Source: Planctomycetota bacterium
Lineage (GTDB): Bacteria; Planctomycetota; JAJSAM01; JAJVHW01
Direction of reading: 5' to 3'
Assembly: GCA_965248445.1 (NCBI GenBank)
Contig: CBDFJG010000003.1
Location: 256,001 to 320,000, forward strand
DNA: 64,000 nt
Part shown: positions 37,795 to 46,975 of the stretch, piece after piece
How positions within the stretch are numbered: the first letter of the stretch is position 1
Layout: every line of letters starts with the position of its first letter
Notes under the pieces: generated by a model
Databases searched by the model: none
Told to the model about the DNA's origin: nothing
Seen by the model: the letters and a program-made list of their open reading frames with translations, nothing else
Made by a program: the position numbers and the translations under genes

Positions 37795-39057
37795 CTAGGT
37801 GCAGTCGGGAAGCGTGTACGTCTTGACGCTGCTGCTCGGCGCGATCGAGTAGCAGCACTGATGGCCCTTCTTGGCCTTGAAGGCGGTCTGGTGCGCGCGC
37901 AGGACCAAGCCGATGGGGATGCTACACGACTGTGTCCACGTCGATACGGTGGTGGCAACCATGTTCACGGTGCTCGTGCCCACGGTGCATGTGCCATCGT
38001 CCTCACACTTGAACTGGTAGTAGAAGATGCGATCGGTCGTCGTTCCCGCGGTCCAACCGCGCGGACAGGTCACTGCCACTGACGTCTTCACGCACTTCCC
38101 GCACGCCGTGGTGGGAACTGATGCTGGCGGCTGCTGCGCCGGAACCGTCGTGGGGTAGCAGTCGTCGTCCGTCACCGTACCGGCGGGGAGTCCGGGCTCG
38201 GCGTCGAAGAGGATGCCACCGAAGCGAATGAAGCTGTTGATCGTTCCCAATGTCGACGTGGCCATCACGGTGAGGGTGGCCCTCTCGCTCGGGTACGCGA
38301 GCGCTGCGGACGGGTCGAACGCGATCAAAGCCGTGGCGCGGCTGTCCCCCGCGAGGACGGTGACCGTCGATGGCAGTGTGAGGGCGTCCAACAGCCTTGC
38401 GTCGCCCGAGAACGACAGAGTGTACTCGAGATCGGAGGACACCACGTCGTCGAGCAGGACGGTGAGTTCCACGTCGCCGGGCGTCCGAACGCCCTCCACG
38501 ATCGACTCGTCGTCCGGGACGATCGTGTGAGCCAGCATGTCGGTGTTGGCTTGGTAGACTCCGAGGTCGTCCTCCCCGAGGACGCCTGTCGTGGGGTTCA
38601 CCGTCATCACGCCCGGCCGCCCTACGTAGACGTAGAACTTCTGGTCGGCATCGATGAGCGCAGGGTGGAACGACAGGGCGTTCACCATCGGGATCTTGGC
38701 GGTCACACGGGTGCCCGCGCCATACGGCTCGTAGGAAACGAGCGTCTCATCGAGGGTGTGGTAACGCGTCGAGCCCGACTCGGCCCAGGTCACGCCGCCA
38801 CCGTCGAAGTCGAGCGCGTAGGCCACGACGACGTCGGTCGTGGGGGTCGCGTAGTCGGTGACGACTTCCACGTACCCGTGGCTCGCCACCGTGTCGATGA
38901 AGACCGGCGATCCACCGTCCACGAGGGTCGTCGCCGATCCCGTCCCCGGGTTCCACGTGGCCGACTGGATGTCACCAGCAAATGCAGTAGCCGTGGACGA
39001 GGCGAGAACGCCCAAGACCAGCGGCAGCACGAATCTATTCATCACATTTTCCTCCAT
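37795..39057 (-). CDS. Secreted beta-rich protein with Cys-rich C-terminal domain
   Basis: Signal peptide MNRFVLPLVLGVLASSTATAFA; Thr/Val-rich Ig-like body; 10 Cys in the last ~115 aa, ending DCT. Confidence 0.75.
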   Translation of the reverse strand: MEENVMNRFVLPLVLGVLASSTATAFAGDIQSATWNPGTGSATTLVDGGSPVFIDTVASHGYVEVVTDYATPTTDVVVAYALDFDGGGVTWAESGSTRYHTLDETLVSYEPYGAGTRVTAKIPMVNALSFHPALIDADQKFYVYVGRPGVMTVNPTTGVLGEDDLGVYQANTDMLAHTIVPDDESIVEGVRTPGDVELTVLLDDVVSSDLEYTLSFSGDARLLDALTLPSTVTVLAGDSRATALIAFDPSAALAYPSERATLTVMATSTLGTINSFIRFGGILFDAEPGLPAGTVTDDDCYPTTVPAQQPPASVPTTACGKCVKTSVAVTCPRGWTAGTTTDRIFYYQFKCEDDGTCTVGTSTVNMVATTVSTWTQSCSIPIGLVLRAHQTAFKAKKGHQCCYSIAPSSSVKTYTLPDCT

Positions 39058-39097
39058 GGTTTGCGAGCCCCAGTGCGGCTACCCTCTACCTGGGGCC

Positions 39098-39127
39098 AGA
39101 GTAGATCGACGGCCCAGGACCTGTCAA
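39098..39127 (-). promoter_or_regulatory. Putative sigma70 promoter for the cargo genes
   Basis: Minus strand TTGACA-N18-TACTCT upstream of 39057; a second TTGACAGGTC lies at 39160-39169. Confidence 0.45.
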
Positions 39128-39247
39128 CACGCTGGATCGGCGGGCGAGGCGGAACCCGCGACCTGTCAAGGCGCCGGGTAGGGCTCTTGAGGCGGCCGGA
39201 CATTGCGATGAAGGGCGTGGAACTCCGCCGCGGCAGGGTGGTCGATC

Positions 39248-39509
39248 TGCAGCGGTAGTGCAGCGGTGGTCGGATTCGCCCGATCCGGAGGCGCGCGGCA
39301 GATCGCACGCAGAAACCGCAAACCACTGTTCTCGAAGGACTTACGCTGGTCGGGGCGAGAGGATTTGAACCTCCGGCCTCTTGCTCCCGAAGCAACGAGA
39401 GATCGTTGTCCAGCAAGGACTTACGCGTGTCCCTCGCTGCACAAGCCGCACAAGAGGCAGGAGCGGGCGGACGTTGTGCAGCGGTAGTGCAGCGGTAGTG
39501 CAGCGGTGA
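39248..39509. mobile_element. attP-like site: tRNA-Pro 3' core flanked by arm-type repeats
   Basis: TGCAGCGGT(AG) 11-mers x2 at 39248-39269 and x3 at 39477-39509; AAGGACTTACGC at 39335-39346 and 39415-39426 bracket the tRNA fragment. Confidence 0.7.
39347..39395 (-). pseudogene. 3' half of tRNA-Pro(CGG) (att core)
   Basis: Reverse complement TTGCTTCGGGAGCAAGAGGCCGGAGGTTCAAATCCTCTCGCCCCGACCA: anticodon arm (CGG), T arm, acceptor 3' strand and CCA. D arm and 5' acceptor strand are absent. Confidence 0.85.
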
Positions 39510-39529
39510 TCCCTGGCGGAGATCGTGTC

Positions 39530-39665
39530 CCGGCCAGCGCCGACAACGTTTTCGACTACCTCGCACAGGTCAGCGCCGCCCCCGCGCACAACCGATCGCC
39601 GCCCTCGCTCGTCGCGTTGCCGACGACGCGGTGATCGGCGAGACGGTCAATGGCTGAACATCCAT
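39530..39665 (+). pseudogene. Degenerate 3' end of a related IS66 element
   Basis: ..GTTTTCGACTACCTCGCACAGGTCAGCGCC..GCGCACAACCGATCGCCGCC.. aligns by eye to 18530-18647; decayed IR (GCTGAACATCC). Confidence 0.65.
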
Positions 39666-39761
39666 GAGAAGGCCTCTTGTGTCAAGGCGTCGGATCGACT
39701 TGGCGATCCGTCCACCGCAACCGATGCCGGCTCCCTCTGCACGCATCCATCCGCACTCGTC

Positions 39762-40165
39762 GTAACCGTTCACCCCTTCGTCGCGAGCCAGTATCCAGAT
39801 CGTTCGGCCACCGGTCGATCAAGATGTTGTGGGCGAGCGGCAGGACGAGGATCTGCGGGCGATGGTCGAGGACCTTCTGGCCTGGATCGAGGAGCTGGAG
39901 CGTCGCGAAGCGAAGCATCTGCGCCGCATCGACGAGCTCGAGTCGCGTCTGAAGCGTGACTCCCGCAACAGCTCGAGGCCTCCGTCGTCGGACCCGGCGT
40001 GGTCCAAGCGCCGTCGCGGCCGAAGGCCGCGTAGCGGTCGCAAGCAGGGCGGACAGCCGGGCCATGAGGGCACGGCGCGCGAGCTGGTGGATCCGTCCAA
40101 CGTCGATGAGACCAAGGACCACCGTCCCGACCGCTGCGACGCGTGCGGACACGACGATCTCGAGC
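39762..40165 (+). pseudogene. 5' fragment of a second IS66 lineage (left IR and transposase N-terminus)
   Basis: GTAACCGTTCACCCC left end at 39762; ORF from 39829 (..RDSRNSSRPPSSDPAWSK..GGQPGHEG..DHRPDRCDACG) is then truncated. Confidence 0.75.
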
Positions 40166-40309
40166 AGGGGGCGAGCGGAGCGAGCCCTCACGAGGCGCAG
40201 GGGGCTCCCCCGGCAATTTGGTCTCCTTCTTCGTCATCGCTGATTCCTCCACCGCCCTGCACAGTAATCATCCGGGGGGTCGGTGTCTCAGCGATGTTGG
40301 CACAGAGGG

Positions 40310-40415
40310 CAGGCGCTCGACCAGATCACGCGGCTCATCGGTGCCCACATCCGATGCATCGACCGAACGGGAAGCGATCTGGATCCGAGCTCAGAACCAA
40401 GGGCTGAACGGATAC
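40310..40415 (-). mobile_element. Solo IS66 left end (106 bp)
   Basis: Matches 36840-36945 with 4 substitutions by eye, including terminal GTATCC versus GTACCC. Confidence 0.9.
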
Positions 40416-41033
40416 ACCCGCGCCACGGTCATGGTCGACGCGGTCGACCTGCAGATCACCGAGGGCAAGGGGACGATCAGCGGGGTCTCTGTCGGTAGTC
40501 CGGCGGGCTTCGCGGCTGAGCGCGCGTTCGCGTTCGATCGCGTGACTGTGGAACTCGATCCGGACGCGCTGACGCGCGTGCCGATCGTCGTCCGGCGGGT
40601 CACGGTCGACCGCTGCGACGTCACGTATGAATGGCAGCTCCACGGAAGCAACATGTCACGCCTGCAGGAGAACGTCCGCGAGTACCTGGCGGGCGAACGC
40701 ACCATCCGGGAGGCCGCCGGAGGGGATGAACCCTCCCGCGTCGTCATCGAGGAACTCGTGATCTCGGGCGGCACGATCGACCTGACGGCGTCGGCGCTCG
40801 GTTCAGCGGTCGTTGCGCTGCCGCTCGACCGGATCGTGCTCCACGACGTGGGCAAGAAGGAGGGCGGCGCAACAGCGGGGGAGATCACCGCTGAGCTCGT
40901 GCGCGCGCTCACTCGCCGCGTGATCGAAGCCGTCGCGAACTCCGGTGTCGACGTCCTGGACGATGCCCGGAAGACGGGCGAGAAGATCCTCGAGGGCGCG
41001 AAGGACATCCTCGACGGCGCGCGCGGGGACTAG

Positions 41034-42702
41034 CCCGAATCGTTCACCAGCCGGGAATCTGAGCGGGCCGTCGTCTGTCTAAGTGCTCGTACTCGCTAGT
41101 ACTTGCACCGACAGGAGCGCCGGCCCGATGACGACAGACTGTAGCCCGCAGGGGACCCTCTTCGCGGGCATCTGTGGACGCACCGCGGTGACGCGCTTCG
41201 ACGCCGGTACCGTGACGAGCGACGGGGGCGTGCTGCTGCTCGAGCGGACCGATCGTCGCATCGATCTGCTCTCGCGGTTTGCGCGCTGCTTCGGGGACCA
41301 CCGGGACCCGCGTCGGGTCGAGCACACGGTCGGCCAGATGCTGCGTCAGCGGGTCTTCGGGCTGTGCGCGGGCTACGAGGATCTGGTGGACCACGACCAT
41401 GTCGGCAAGGACCCGCTGTTTGCCGCGGCGTGCGGCAAGCGCGAGGGTGCTCTGGCCACGCACCCGACGCTCTCGCGGCTCGAGACCACGCAGCTCGGCG
41501 CCACGGCACAGACGCGCTACGCCAAGATCGAGATGGACCAGGAGCGCGTGGACAGCGTGCTCAGCGACGTCTTCTGCGAGGCCATGGGGCCGGAGGATCC
41601 GGGCCTGCTCGTGCTGGACCTGGACCACTCCGACGTGCGGCTGCACGGCCGGCAGGAGGGCCGCTTCTTCCACGGCTACTACGGGCACTACTGCTACCTG
41701 CCGCTGTACGTCTTCTGCGGCGAGCACCTCTTGCTCGCTCGGCTCCAGACCGCTGACAGAGATCCCGCGCGCGGAGTCGTGGACGAGCTCCGTGCGCTGG
41801 TCTTACGTCTGCGGCGCCGCTGGCCCCGGGCCAAGGTGCTCGTGCGCGCAGACTCGGGCTTTTGCCGCGAGGAGCTGATGGCCTGGTGCGAGGCCGCCGG
41901 CCACTTCTACCTGCTGGGCATGGCGCGCAATGAGCGCCTTGAGCGACACGTCGAAGACGCGCTCGATGAGGCCGCAGCCCGTGCCGTGCAGACCGGCCGA
42001 GCAGCCCGGGTCTTTCGCGACTTTGCCTGGACCACGCTGGGGAGCTGGAGCCAGAGGCGTCGCGTGGTCGCCAAGGCCGAGCACCTGCCGGGCGGCAAGC
42101 GCAATCCCCGCTTCGTGGTGACCAATCTGCCGCCTCGTAGCTGGAGCAGCAAGCGTCTCTACGAGCAGCTCTACTGCGCCCGGGGCGAGGCGGAGAATCG
42201 CATCAAGGAGCAGCAGCTCGAGCTCTTCGGCACCCGTCTGTCGGTGCACACGATGCAGGGCAACGCCGTGCGGATGGCCATGTCGGCCATGGCCTACGTC
42301 CTGACCTGTGCGCTGCGACGCATCGGTCTCGCCGGCACCGAGATGGCGCGTGCGCAAGCCGGCACGATCCGCCTGCGGCTGCTCAAGATCGGCGCGCTCG
42401 TGCGGATCACGACGCGCCGGATCTGGGTCTCGATGTCCTCGTCGTGGCCCTGGCAGCACGTCTTCGAGCGCTGCGCGCAACGACTGCTGGCATCCCCGAA
42501 GCCGACCTGACGTCCCGCCGCGCCGTCCGCCACACCACCGCCCGGCCTACGGTCTGCCCACACCGCAGAATCCGCGCCGTTTCGGCCGCTCACTCGCGTT
42601 GCCCTTGTGGCAACGACGACAGCATCCGCCCTCGCCTGGCCAAGATCTGACCCTGTGGACTCCGAAAGCACCGTCATCGCGACGTCTCGTGAACAGATGC
42701 GG
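41034..42702 (+). mobile_element. IS1380-family element copy 1, 1669 bp
   Basis: Imperfect IRs CCCGAATCGTTCAC / GTGAACAGATGCGG; CTAG on both sides (41030-41033, 42703-42706); boundaries set by identity with copy 2 (end uncertain by 1 bp). Confidence 0.9.
41128..42510 (+). CDS. IS1380-family DDE transposase
   Basis: FDAGTVTSDGGVLLL, GYEDLVD, LDLDHSD..HGRQEG.FFHGYY..CYLPL, VRADSGF, NPRFVVTN, YCARGEAENRIKE. Confidence 0.95.
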   Translation: MTTDCSPQGTLFAGICGRTAVTRFDAGTVTSDGGVLLLERTDRRIDLLSRFARCFGDHRDPRRVEHTVGQMLRQRVFGLCAGYEDLVDHDHVGKDPLFAAACGKREGALATHPTLSRLETTQLGATAQTRYAKIEMDQERVDSVLSDVFCEAMGPEDPGLLVLDLDHSDVRLHGRQEGRFFHGYYGHYCYLPLYVFCGEHLLLARLQTADRDPARGVVDELRALVLRLRRRWPRAKVLVRADSGFCREELMAWCEAAGHFYLLGMARNERLERHVEDALDEAAARAVQTGRAARVFRDFAWTTLGSWSQRRRVVAKAEHLPGGKRNPRFVVTNLPPRSWSSKRLYEQLYCARGEAENRIKEQQLELFGTRLSVHTMQGNAVRMAMSAMAYVLTCALRRIGLAGTEMARAQAGTIRLRLLKIGALVRITTRRIWVSMSSSWPWQHVFERCAQRLLASPKPT

Positions 42703-42755
42703 CTAGCCGCGCTGGATAGCGCCGCCCGCGACGGCCCTGGTCAGGAGAGCGCAGC

Positions 42756-43205
42756 TCAGAACTGTCGCTCGAACCGCTCGCGCGGGTGCGGCGCGTGGTC
42801 CTGCCAGTAGCTCTCGGCAGGCTCGGCGCCGCGGTCCAGCGGGTCCTTGCCGAACAGGCGCACCAAGAGCGCGGTCGGAGTGACGACCAGCAGGTAGAGC
42901 AGCGTGAACATGGGCACGGCGAAGATCACGCCCAGCAGCATCCCGAACGAAACCCACGCGCGCGCGGGACCCTCCGGCCAGCGCGGATTGAGCAGGCCGA
43001 GCAGCACCAGCGCGAGGTGCGCTCCGAGCGCTGCGTAGATCAGCCACGTCACGTCCTGCCACCAACCCCATCCGGCGGCGGCCCAGAGCGCCACGCCGAA
43101 CACGAGGCCCACGTAGCGGAGCTCCTTCGGCGAGACGCGCACCATGCCGAGGTTCGCGAACGGCGAGACCAGCCCGAGCAGGTTGATGAGGCGTGCGCGT
43201 TGCAT
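42756..43205 (-). CDS. SxtJ-family membrane protein
   Basis: KELRYVGLVFG, two TM pairs, LYLLVVTPTALLVRLFGKDPL..SYW..RFERQF; coupled to the carbamoyltransferase. Confidence 0.75.
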   Translation of the reverse strand: MQRARLINLLGLVSPFANLGMVRVSPKELRYVGLVFGVALWAAAGWGWWQDVTWLIYAALGAHLALVLLGLLNPRWPEGPARAWVSFGMLLGVIFAVPMFTLLYLLVVTPTALLVRLFGKDPLDRGAEPAESYWQDHAPHPRERFERQF

Positions 43206-45019
43206 CAATCGAGTGCGAGCGCCCCCTGACGCTCGTCGGCCGTCAGCGCCGGCTGGTCCTCCCGGTCGAGCACGAAGCGGCCGATTACCAGGTGATCCAT
43301 GCCCGTGCGCCGGAAGCACGCCAGTCCGTCGGCCGGTGTGCAGACGATCGGCTCACCGCGCACATTGAAGCTCGTGTTGATCAGCACGGGACAGCCGGTC
43401 AGCCGCTCGAACGCCGTCAGCAGCTCCCAGTAGCGCGCGTTCGTCTCGCGACTGACGGTCTGGACGCGGGCCGAGCCGTCCACGTGCGTCACCGCCGGGA
43501 TCGTCGACCGCGCGACCTGCAGGCGCTCGATGCCGGTCTTCTCCGCTTCGCTCGCCGGCGGCGCAACGCGCTGTCCCTCGGCGACCTGATCCACGAGCAC
43601 CATGTACGGGCTGTCGGTGCGCAGCGCGAACCAGTCGCGCGCCTTCTCCGCCAGCACCGATGGAGCGAACGGCCGGAACGACTCGCGGTACTTGATCTTG
43701 AGGTTCATGTGCCGCTGCATCGCGGGGTTCCGCGGGTCGCCGAGGATGCTGCGCGAACCGAGGGCGCGGGGGCCGTACTCCATCCGGCCCTGGAACCAGC
43801 CGACGACCTTGCCGTCGGCCAGCAACTGCGCAGTGTGCCCGGCGACGTCGTCGGACTCCGTGTACTTGGCGCCGGCGTCGTCGAGCACACGGCGGATCTC
43901 GTCGTCCGTGAACGACGGCCCGAGGTAGCTGCCGAGCATGGCGTCCTGGCGCGCAGGGTCCACCCGTCTCTCGTTGCCGAGGTAACGGTGCCAGACGGCC
44001 AGCGCCGCGCCGAGGGCGCCTCCCGCGTCCCCCGAAGCCGGCTGCACCCAGATGCGCTCGAACGGGCCTTCGCGGAGGATGCGGCCGTTGCCCACGCAGT
44101 TGAGAGCGACACCACCGGCGAGGCAGAGGTTCCTTGCGCCCGTCTCTCGGTGCGCGTAACGCGCGATCCGCAGCATCGCTTCCTCGGTGACGGCCTGGAT
44201 GGACCGCGCGACGTCCATGTGGAACGGCTCGAGCGGCGACTCCGGCTCGCGCCGCGGCCGCCCGAACAGCTCGTCGAACTTGGGCGACGTCATGCGCAGC
44301 GTCGCGAGGTACCCGAAGTAGTCGAGGTTCAGCCGGAACGAGCCGTCTTCCCGCAGATCGATCAGGTTCTCGAGGATCAGGTCCGCGTACTTCGGCTCGC
44401 CGTACGGCGCGAGTCCCATGACCTTGTACTCGCCGGAGTTCACGCGGAATCCGAGCCAATACGTGACCGCCGAGTACAGGAGCCCGAGTGAGTGGGGGAA
44501 GCGGATGTCGCGCAGGATCGAGAGGTCGCTGCCCTCGCCCAGACCAACCGATGTGGTGGTCCACTCCCCGACACCGTCCATCGTGACGACGGCCGCGCGC
44601 TCGAACGGCGAGGGGTAGAACGCCGACGCTGCGTGACTCTCGTGATGTTCGGCGAACAGGATCTTGTCGTCGTAGCCCGGCAGCGCCTTCTTGACGCGGT
44701 CGCCGATCCAGAGCTTCTCCTTCATCCACGTCGGGCCGAAGCGCAGCCAGTTGGGCAGCCCGCGGGGCGCGATCGACACGAACGTCTCGAGAATGCGGAA
44801 GAACTTCAGCACCGGCTTGTCGTAGAACGCGACCGCAGAGAGGTCGGCGGCGGTGATCCCGCCCTCGCGCAGGACGAACTCCACCGCCGCGTGCGGGAAC
44901 CCGGCATCGTGCTTCTTGCGGGTGAACCGCTCCTCCGACGCCGCAGCCACGATCTCCCCGTCTCGCACGAGGCAAGCGGCGGAGTCGTGGTAGTAGCAGG
45001 AGATCCCCAAGACGTGCAC
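43205..45019 (-). CDS. O-carbamoyltransferase (NodU/CmcH family)
   Basis: LGISCYYHDSAA, EERFTRKKHD, HHESHAASAF, DGVGE, EYKVMGLAPYG, AGGVALNC, GRMEYGPRALG, KYRESFRPFAP, INTSFNVRGEPIV. Confidence 0.95.
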   Translation of the reverse strand: MHVLGISCYYHDSAACLVRDGEIVAAASEERFTRKKHDAGFPHAAVEFVLREGGITAADLSAVAFYDKPVLKFFRILETFVSIAPRGLPNWLRFGPTWMKEKLWIGDRVKKALPGYDDKILFAEHHESHAASAFYPSPFERAAVVTMDGVGEWTTTSVGLGEGSDLSILRDIRFPHSLGLLYSAVTYWLGFRVNSGEYKVMGLAPYGEPKYADLILENLIDLREDGSFRLNLDYFGYLATLRMTSPKFDELFGRPRREPESPLEPFHMDVARSIQAVTEEAMLRIARYAHRETGARNLCLAGGVALNCVGNGRILREGPFERIWVQPASGDAGGALGAALAVWHRYLGNERRVDPARQDAMLGSYLGPSFTDDEIRRVLDDAGAKYTESDDVAGHTAQLLADGKVVGWFQGRMEYGPRALGSRSILGDPRNPAMQRHMNLKIKYRESFRPFAPSVLAEKARDWFALRTDSPYMVLVDQVAEGQRVAPPASEAEKTGIERLQVARSTIPAVTHVDGSARVQTVSRETNARYWELLTAFERLTGCPVLINTSFNVRGEPIVCTPADGLACFRRTGMDHLVIGRFVLDREDQPALTADERQGALALD

Positions 45020-45074
45020 GCGCGCACACTACACAGAGGCTCGGTCAGGCGAAGCTCGGCCCCGGACCGTACGC

Positions 45075-45983
45075 TCAGGCGGTCGCCGGATCAGCGCCGC
45101 CGCCGCGGGCTGCGGCGGCCAGCAGCGCGCAGCCGATCAGCAACACGGCGCCTCCGCACCACTCGCGCATCGACCTGCGCTCGTGAAGCAACGCCATCGC
45201 GAGCACGGCCGCGACCAGTGGCTGGCCCTGATTGATGATCGCCGCCTTCGCGAGATCCACGTGGCGGAGTGACAACAGGAACAACATGCGCGCCGTAGTG
45301 GGGGCCAACACAGCCACGCCGAGCGTGCCGGCCAGCAGTGTGTTCGACGGCGTCTGCCACTTGCCCGCTACGACGACCGCGATCGCGAAGAAGACGATCA
45401 GGAACGCGTTGCGGAGGATCAGGAACGGTCCGACCATCTCGCGCTGCGCCGCCCGTTTCGAGAAGACCTCGGAGATACCGAAGACGCTCGCCCCGACGAG
45501 CATCAAGACGATTCCCTCGGTGCGTCGAGGGTCCGGCGCGCCGAATTCCTCCGGTAGGCTCATGACAATGATCCCGGCCACGGCGAGCAGGCCGCCGACG
45601 AGTTCCATCCGGTGGAACCGCTCGCGCAGGAAGAGCACGCCGACCGCCACGGCCACCAGCGTCTCCGCGCGATTCAGGAACGATGCGAGCGATGCGTCGA
45701 TCCGGCTGACACCTGCCCAAAAGGACCACACGGCGACGAACGACAAAGAGGAGTGTCCGAGTGCGAGCAGCGCCGTGCGCCGGTCCGGGCGCCGCCATTG
45801 GCGCACGGCGACCGTCATGAGCGCGGAGAGCGGCATCCCGAACGTGAAGAGGAGCAGGTTGAAGAGCAGCGGGTGCGCCTCACCGACAGCGAGCTTCCCG
45901 ACGACGATCGCGCCTCCCGCGCAAGCAGCGCACCCCGCAGCGAGCAGGTACCCGCGGGCGGGGCGACGCTCGGCCGCGATCAC
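45075..45983 (-). CDS. EamA/DMT-family transporter
   Basis: About 10 TM helices in two EamA repeats (GVLFLRERF, AMALLHERRS); GTG overlaps the upstream stop. Confidence 0.85.
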   Translation of the reverse strand: MIAAERRPARGYLLAAGCAACAGGAIVVGKLAVGEAHPLLFNLLLFTFGMPLSALMTVAVRQWRRPDRRTALLALGHSSLSFVAVWSFWAGVSRIDASLASFLNRAETLVAVAVGVLFLRERFHRMELVGGLLAVAGIIVMSLPEEFGAPDPRRTEGIVLMLVGASVFGISEVFSKRAAQREMVGPFLILRNAFLIVFFAIAVVVAGKWQTPSNTLLAGTLGVAVLAPTTARMLFLLSLRHVDLAKAAIINQGQPLVAAVLAMALLHERRSMREWCGGAVLLIGCALLAAAARGGGADPATA

Positions 45984-46891
45984 GGCAGATAGTCTTGCGC
46001 GCCCATCAACTCCTCGGTGTTGCCCTCCTGCAGCCCATTCAGCTCGGCGTGGAAGTGACAGATGTACTCCCACGCGGCCTCGGCGGTGTCGCACGTGTGC
46101 ATCAGGTCGAGGTCGCTCGGCGAGATCGTCCCGGCTGCCGCCAGGTAGTCCCAGTCGACGATCCGCGACCAGAACTCCTCGCCGACGAGCACGATGGGGA
46201 TCGGCACCATCTTCTGCGTCTGCACGAGCGTGAGCGTCTCGAACAACTCGTCGAGCGTGCCGAACCCTCCGGGAAAGAAGACCGCCGCCTTCGCGCGCAG
46301 CAGCAGGTGCATCTTGCGGACCGCGAAGTAGTGGAAGGTGAAGCAGAGCTCGGGCGTGATGTAGGGATTCGGCGCCTGTTCGAACGGCAGCGTGATGTTC
46401 ATGCCGATCGTGGTCTTGCCCGCGTCCCACGCGCCGCGGTTACCGCCCTCCATGATCCCCGGGCCGCCGCCGGTGACGATCACGTAGTGCAGGCGGCCAC
46501 CGCTCTGGCACTCCTCGGACACGAGTTCCCCGAACTTGCGCGCCTCCTCGTAGTACCGCGCCTTCTCGGCGAGGCTGCGGGCCCGCGCGAGGTCCTGCTC
46601 GGCGCCGGCGTCGCCCGGGTTGGCTTCCAGCGCGCGCTCTGCCGACTCGATGAGACCCACAGCCGCCGCCGGATCCGGCACACGGGCTCCGCCGAACAGC
46701 ACGACGGTGCTCTCGATCCCCTGCTCCTGGAGGAGTAGCTCCGCCTTCAACAGCTCGAGCTGGAGTCGCACCGGCCGGAGTTCGGGGCGGTGCAGCAGTC
46801 CGACGTCCTCGTACGCGCGGAGGTACGCCGGGTTCTGCAGGATGCGCCGCAGGTTCTCGGCCGGTGTGCGCTTGTTCGGACCGCTCATCAT
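45980..46891 (-). CDS. LOG-family protein (nucleotide phosphoribohydrolase-like)
   Basis: TGGGPGIMEGGNRGA, LPFEQAPNPY, FHYFAVRK, FPGGFGTLDELFE. Confidence 0.88.
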   Translation of the reverse strand: MMSGPNKRTPAENLRRILQNPAYLRAYEDVGLLHRPELRPVRLQLELLKAELLLQEQGIESTVVLFGGARVPDPAAAVGLIESAERALEANPGDAGAEQDLARARSLAEKARYYEEARKFGELVSEECQSGGRLHYVIVTGGGPGIMEGGNRGAWDAGKTTIGMNITLPFEQAPNPYITPELCFTFHYFAVRKMHLLLRAKAAVFFPGGFGTLDELFETLTLVQTQKMVPIPIVLVGEEFWSRIVDWDYLAAAGTISPSDLDLMHTCDTAEAAWEYICHFHAELNGLQEGNTEELMGAQDYLP

Positions 46892-46975
46892 CGCCTCCGG
46901 GGAAGCCCGCGACGTTAGCGCTACCCCGCACCTTCCGCACCTTCCGCGGAAGGGGGCCGATAGACTCCCCGTCCC

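Larger units (their letters stand above)
35414..40415 (-). mobile_element. IS66-bounded composite transposon-like unit, 5002 bp
   Basis: TSD ACCCGCGC at 35406-35413 and 40416-40423; ends are the IS66 IRR (35414) and a solo IS66 left end terminating at 40415. Confidence 0.88.
35283..41033 (+). pseudogene. AsmA-like/DUF748-like membrane-anchored protein split by a 5-kb insertion (35283-35413 + 40424-41033)
   Basis: MKKILLAVLVIAIVAGIGALVLVGNLDRIVEHAIEAVGSRATRA joins in frame to TVMVDAVDLQITEGKGTISGVSVGSPAGF.. after removing 35414-40423 (741 nt, 246 aa). Confidence 0.8.

Noticed and set aside
39347..39395. Functional tRNA-Pro gene
   Set aside because: The D arm and 5' acceptor strand are missing; treated as an att core.
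42756..45019. Saxitoxin or other toxin biosynthesis cluster
   Set aside because: Carbamoyltransferase + SxtJ-like pairs are widespread; no sxtA or other pathway genes are present.
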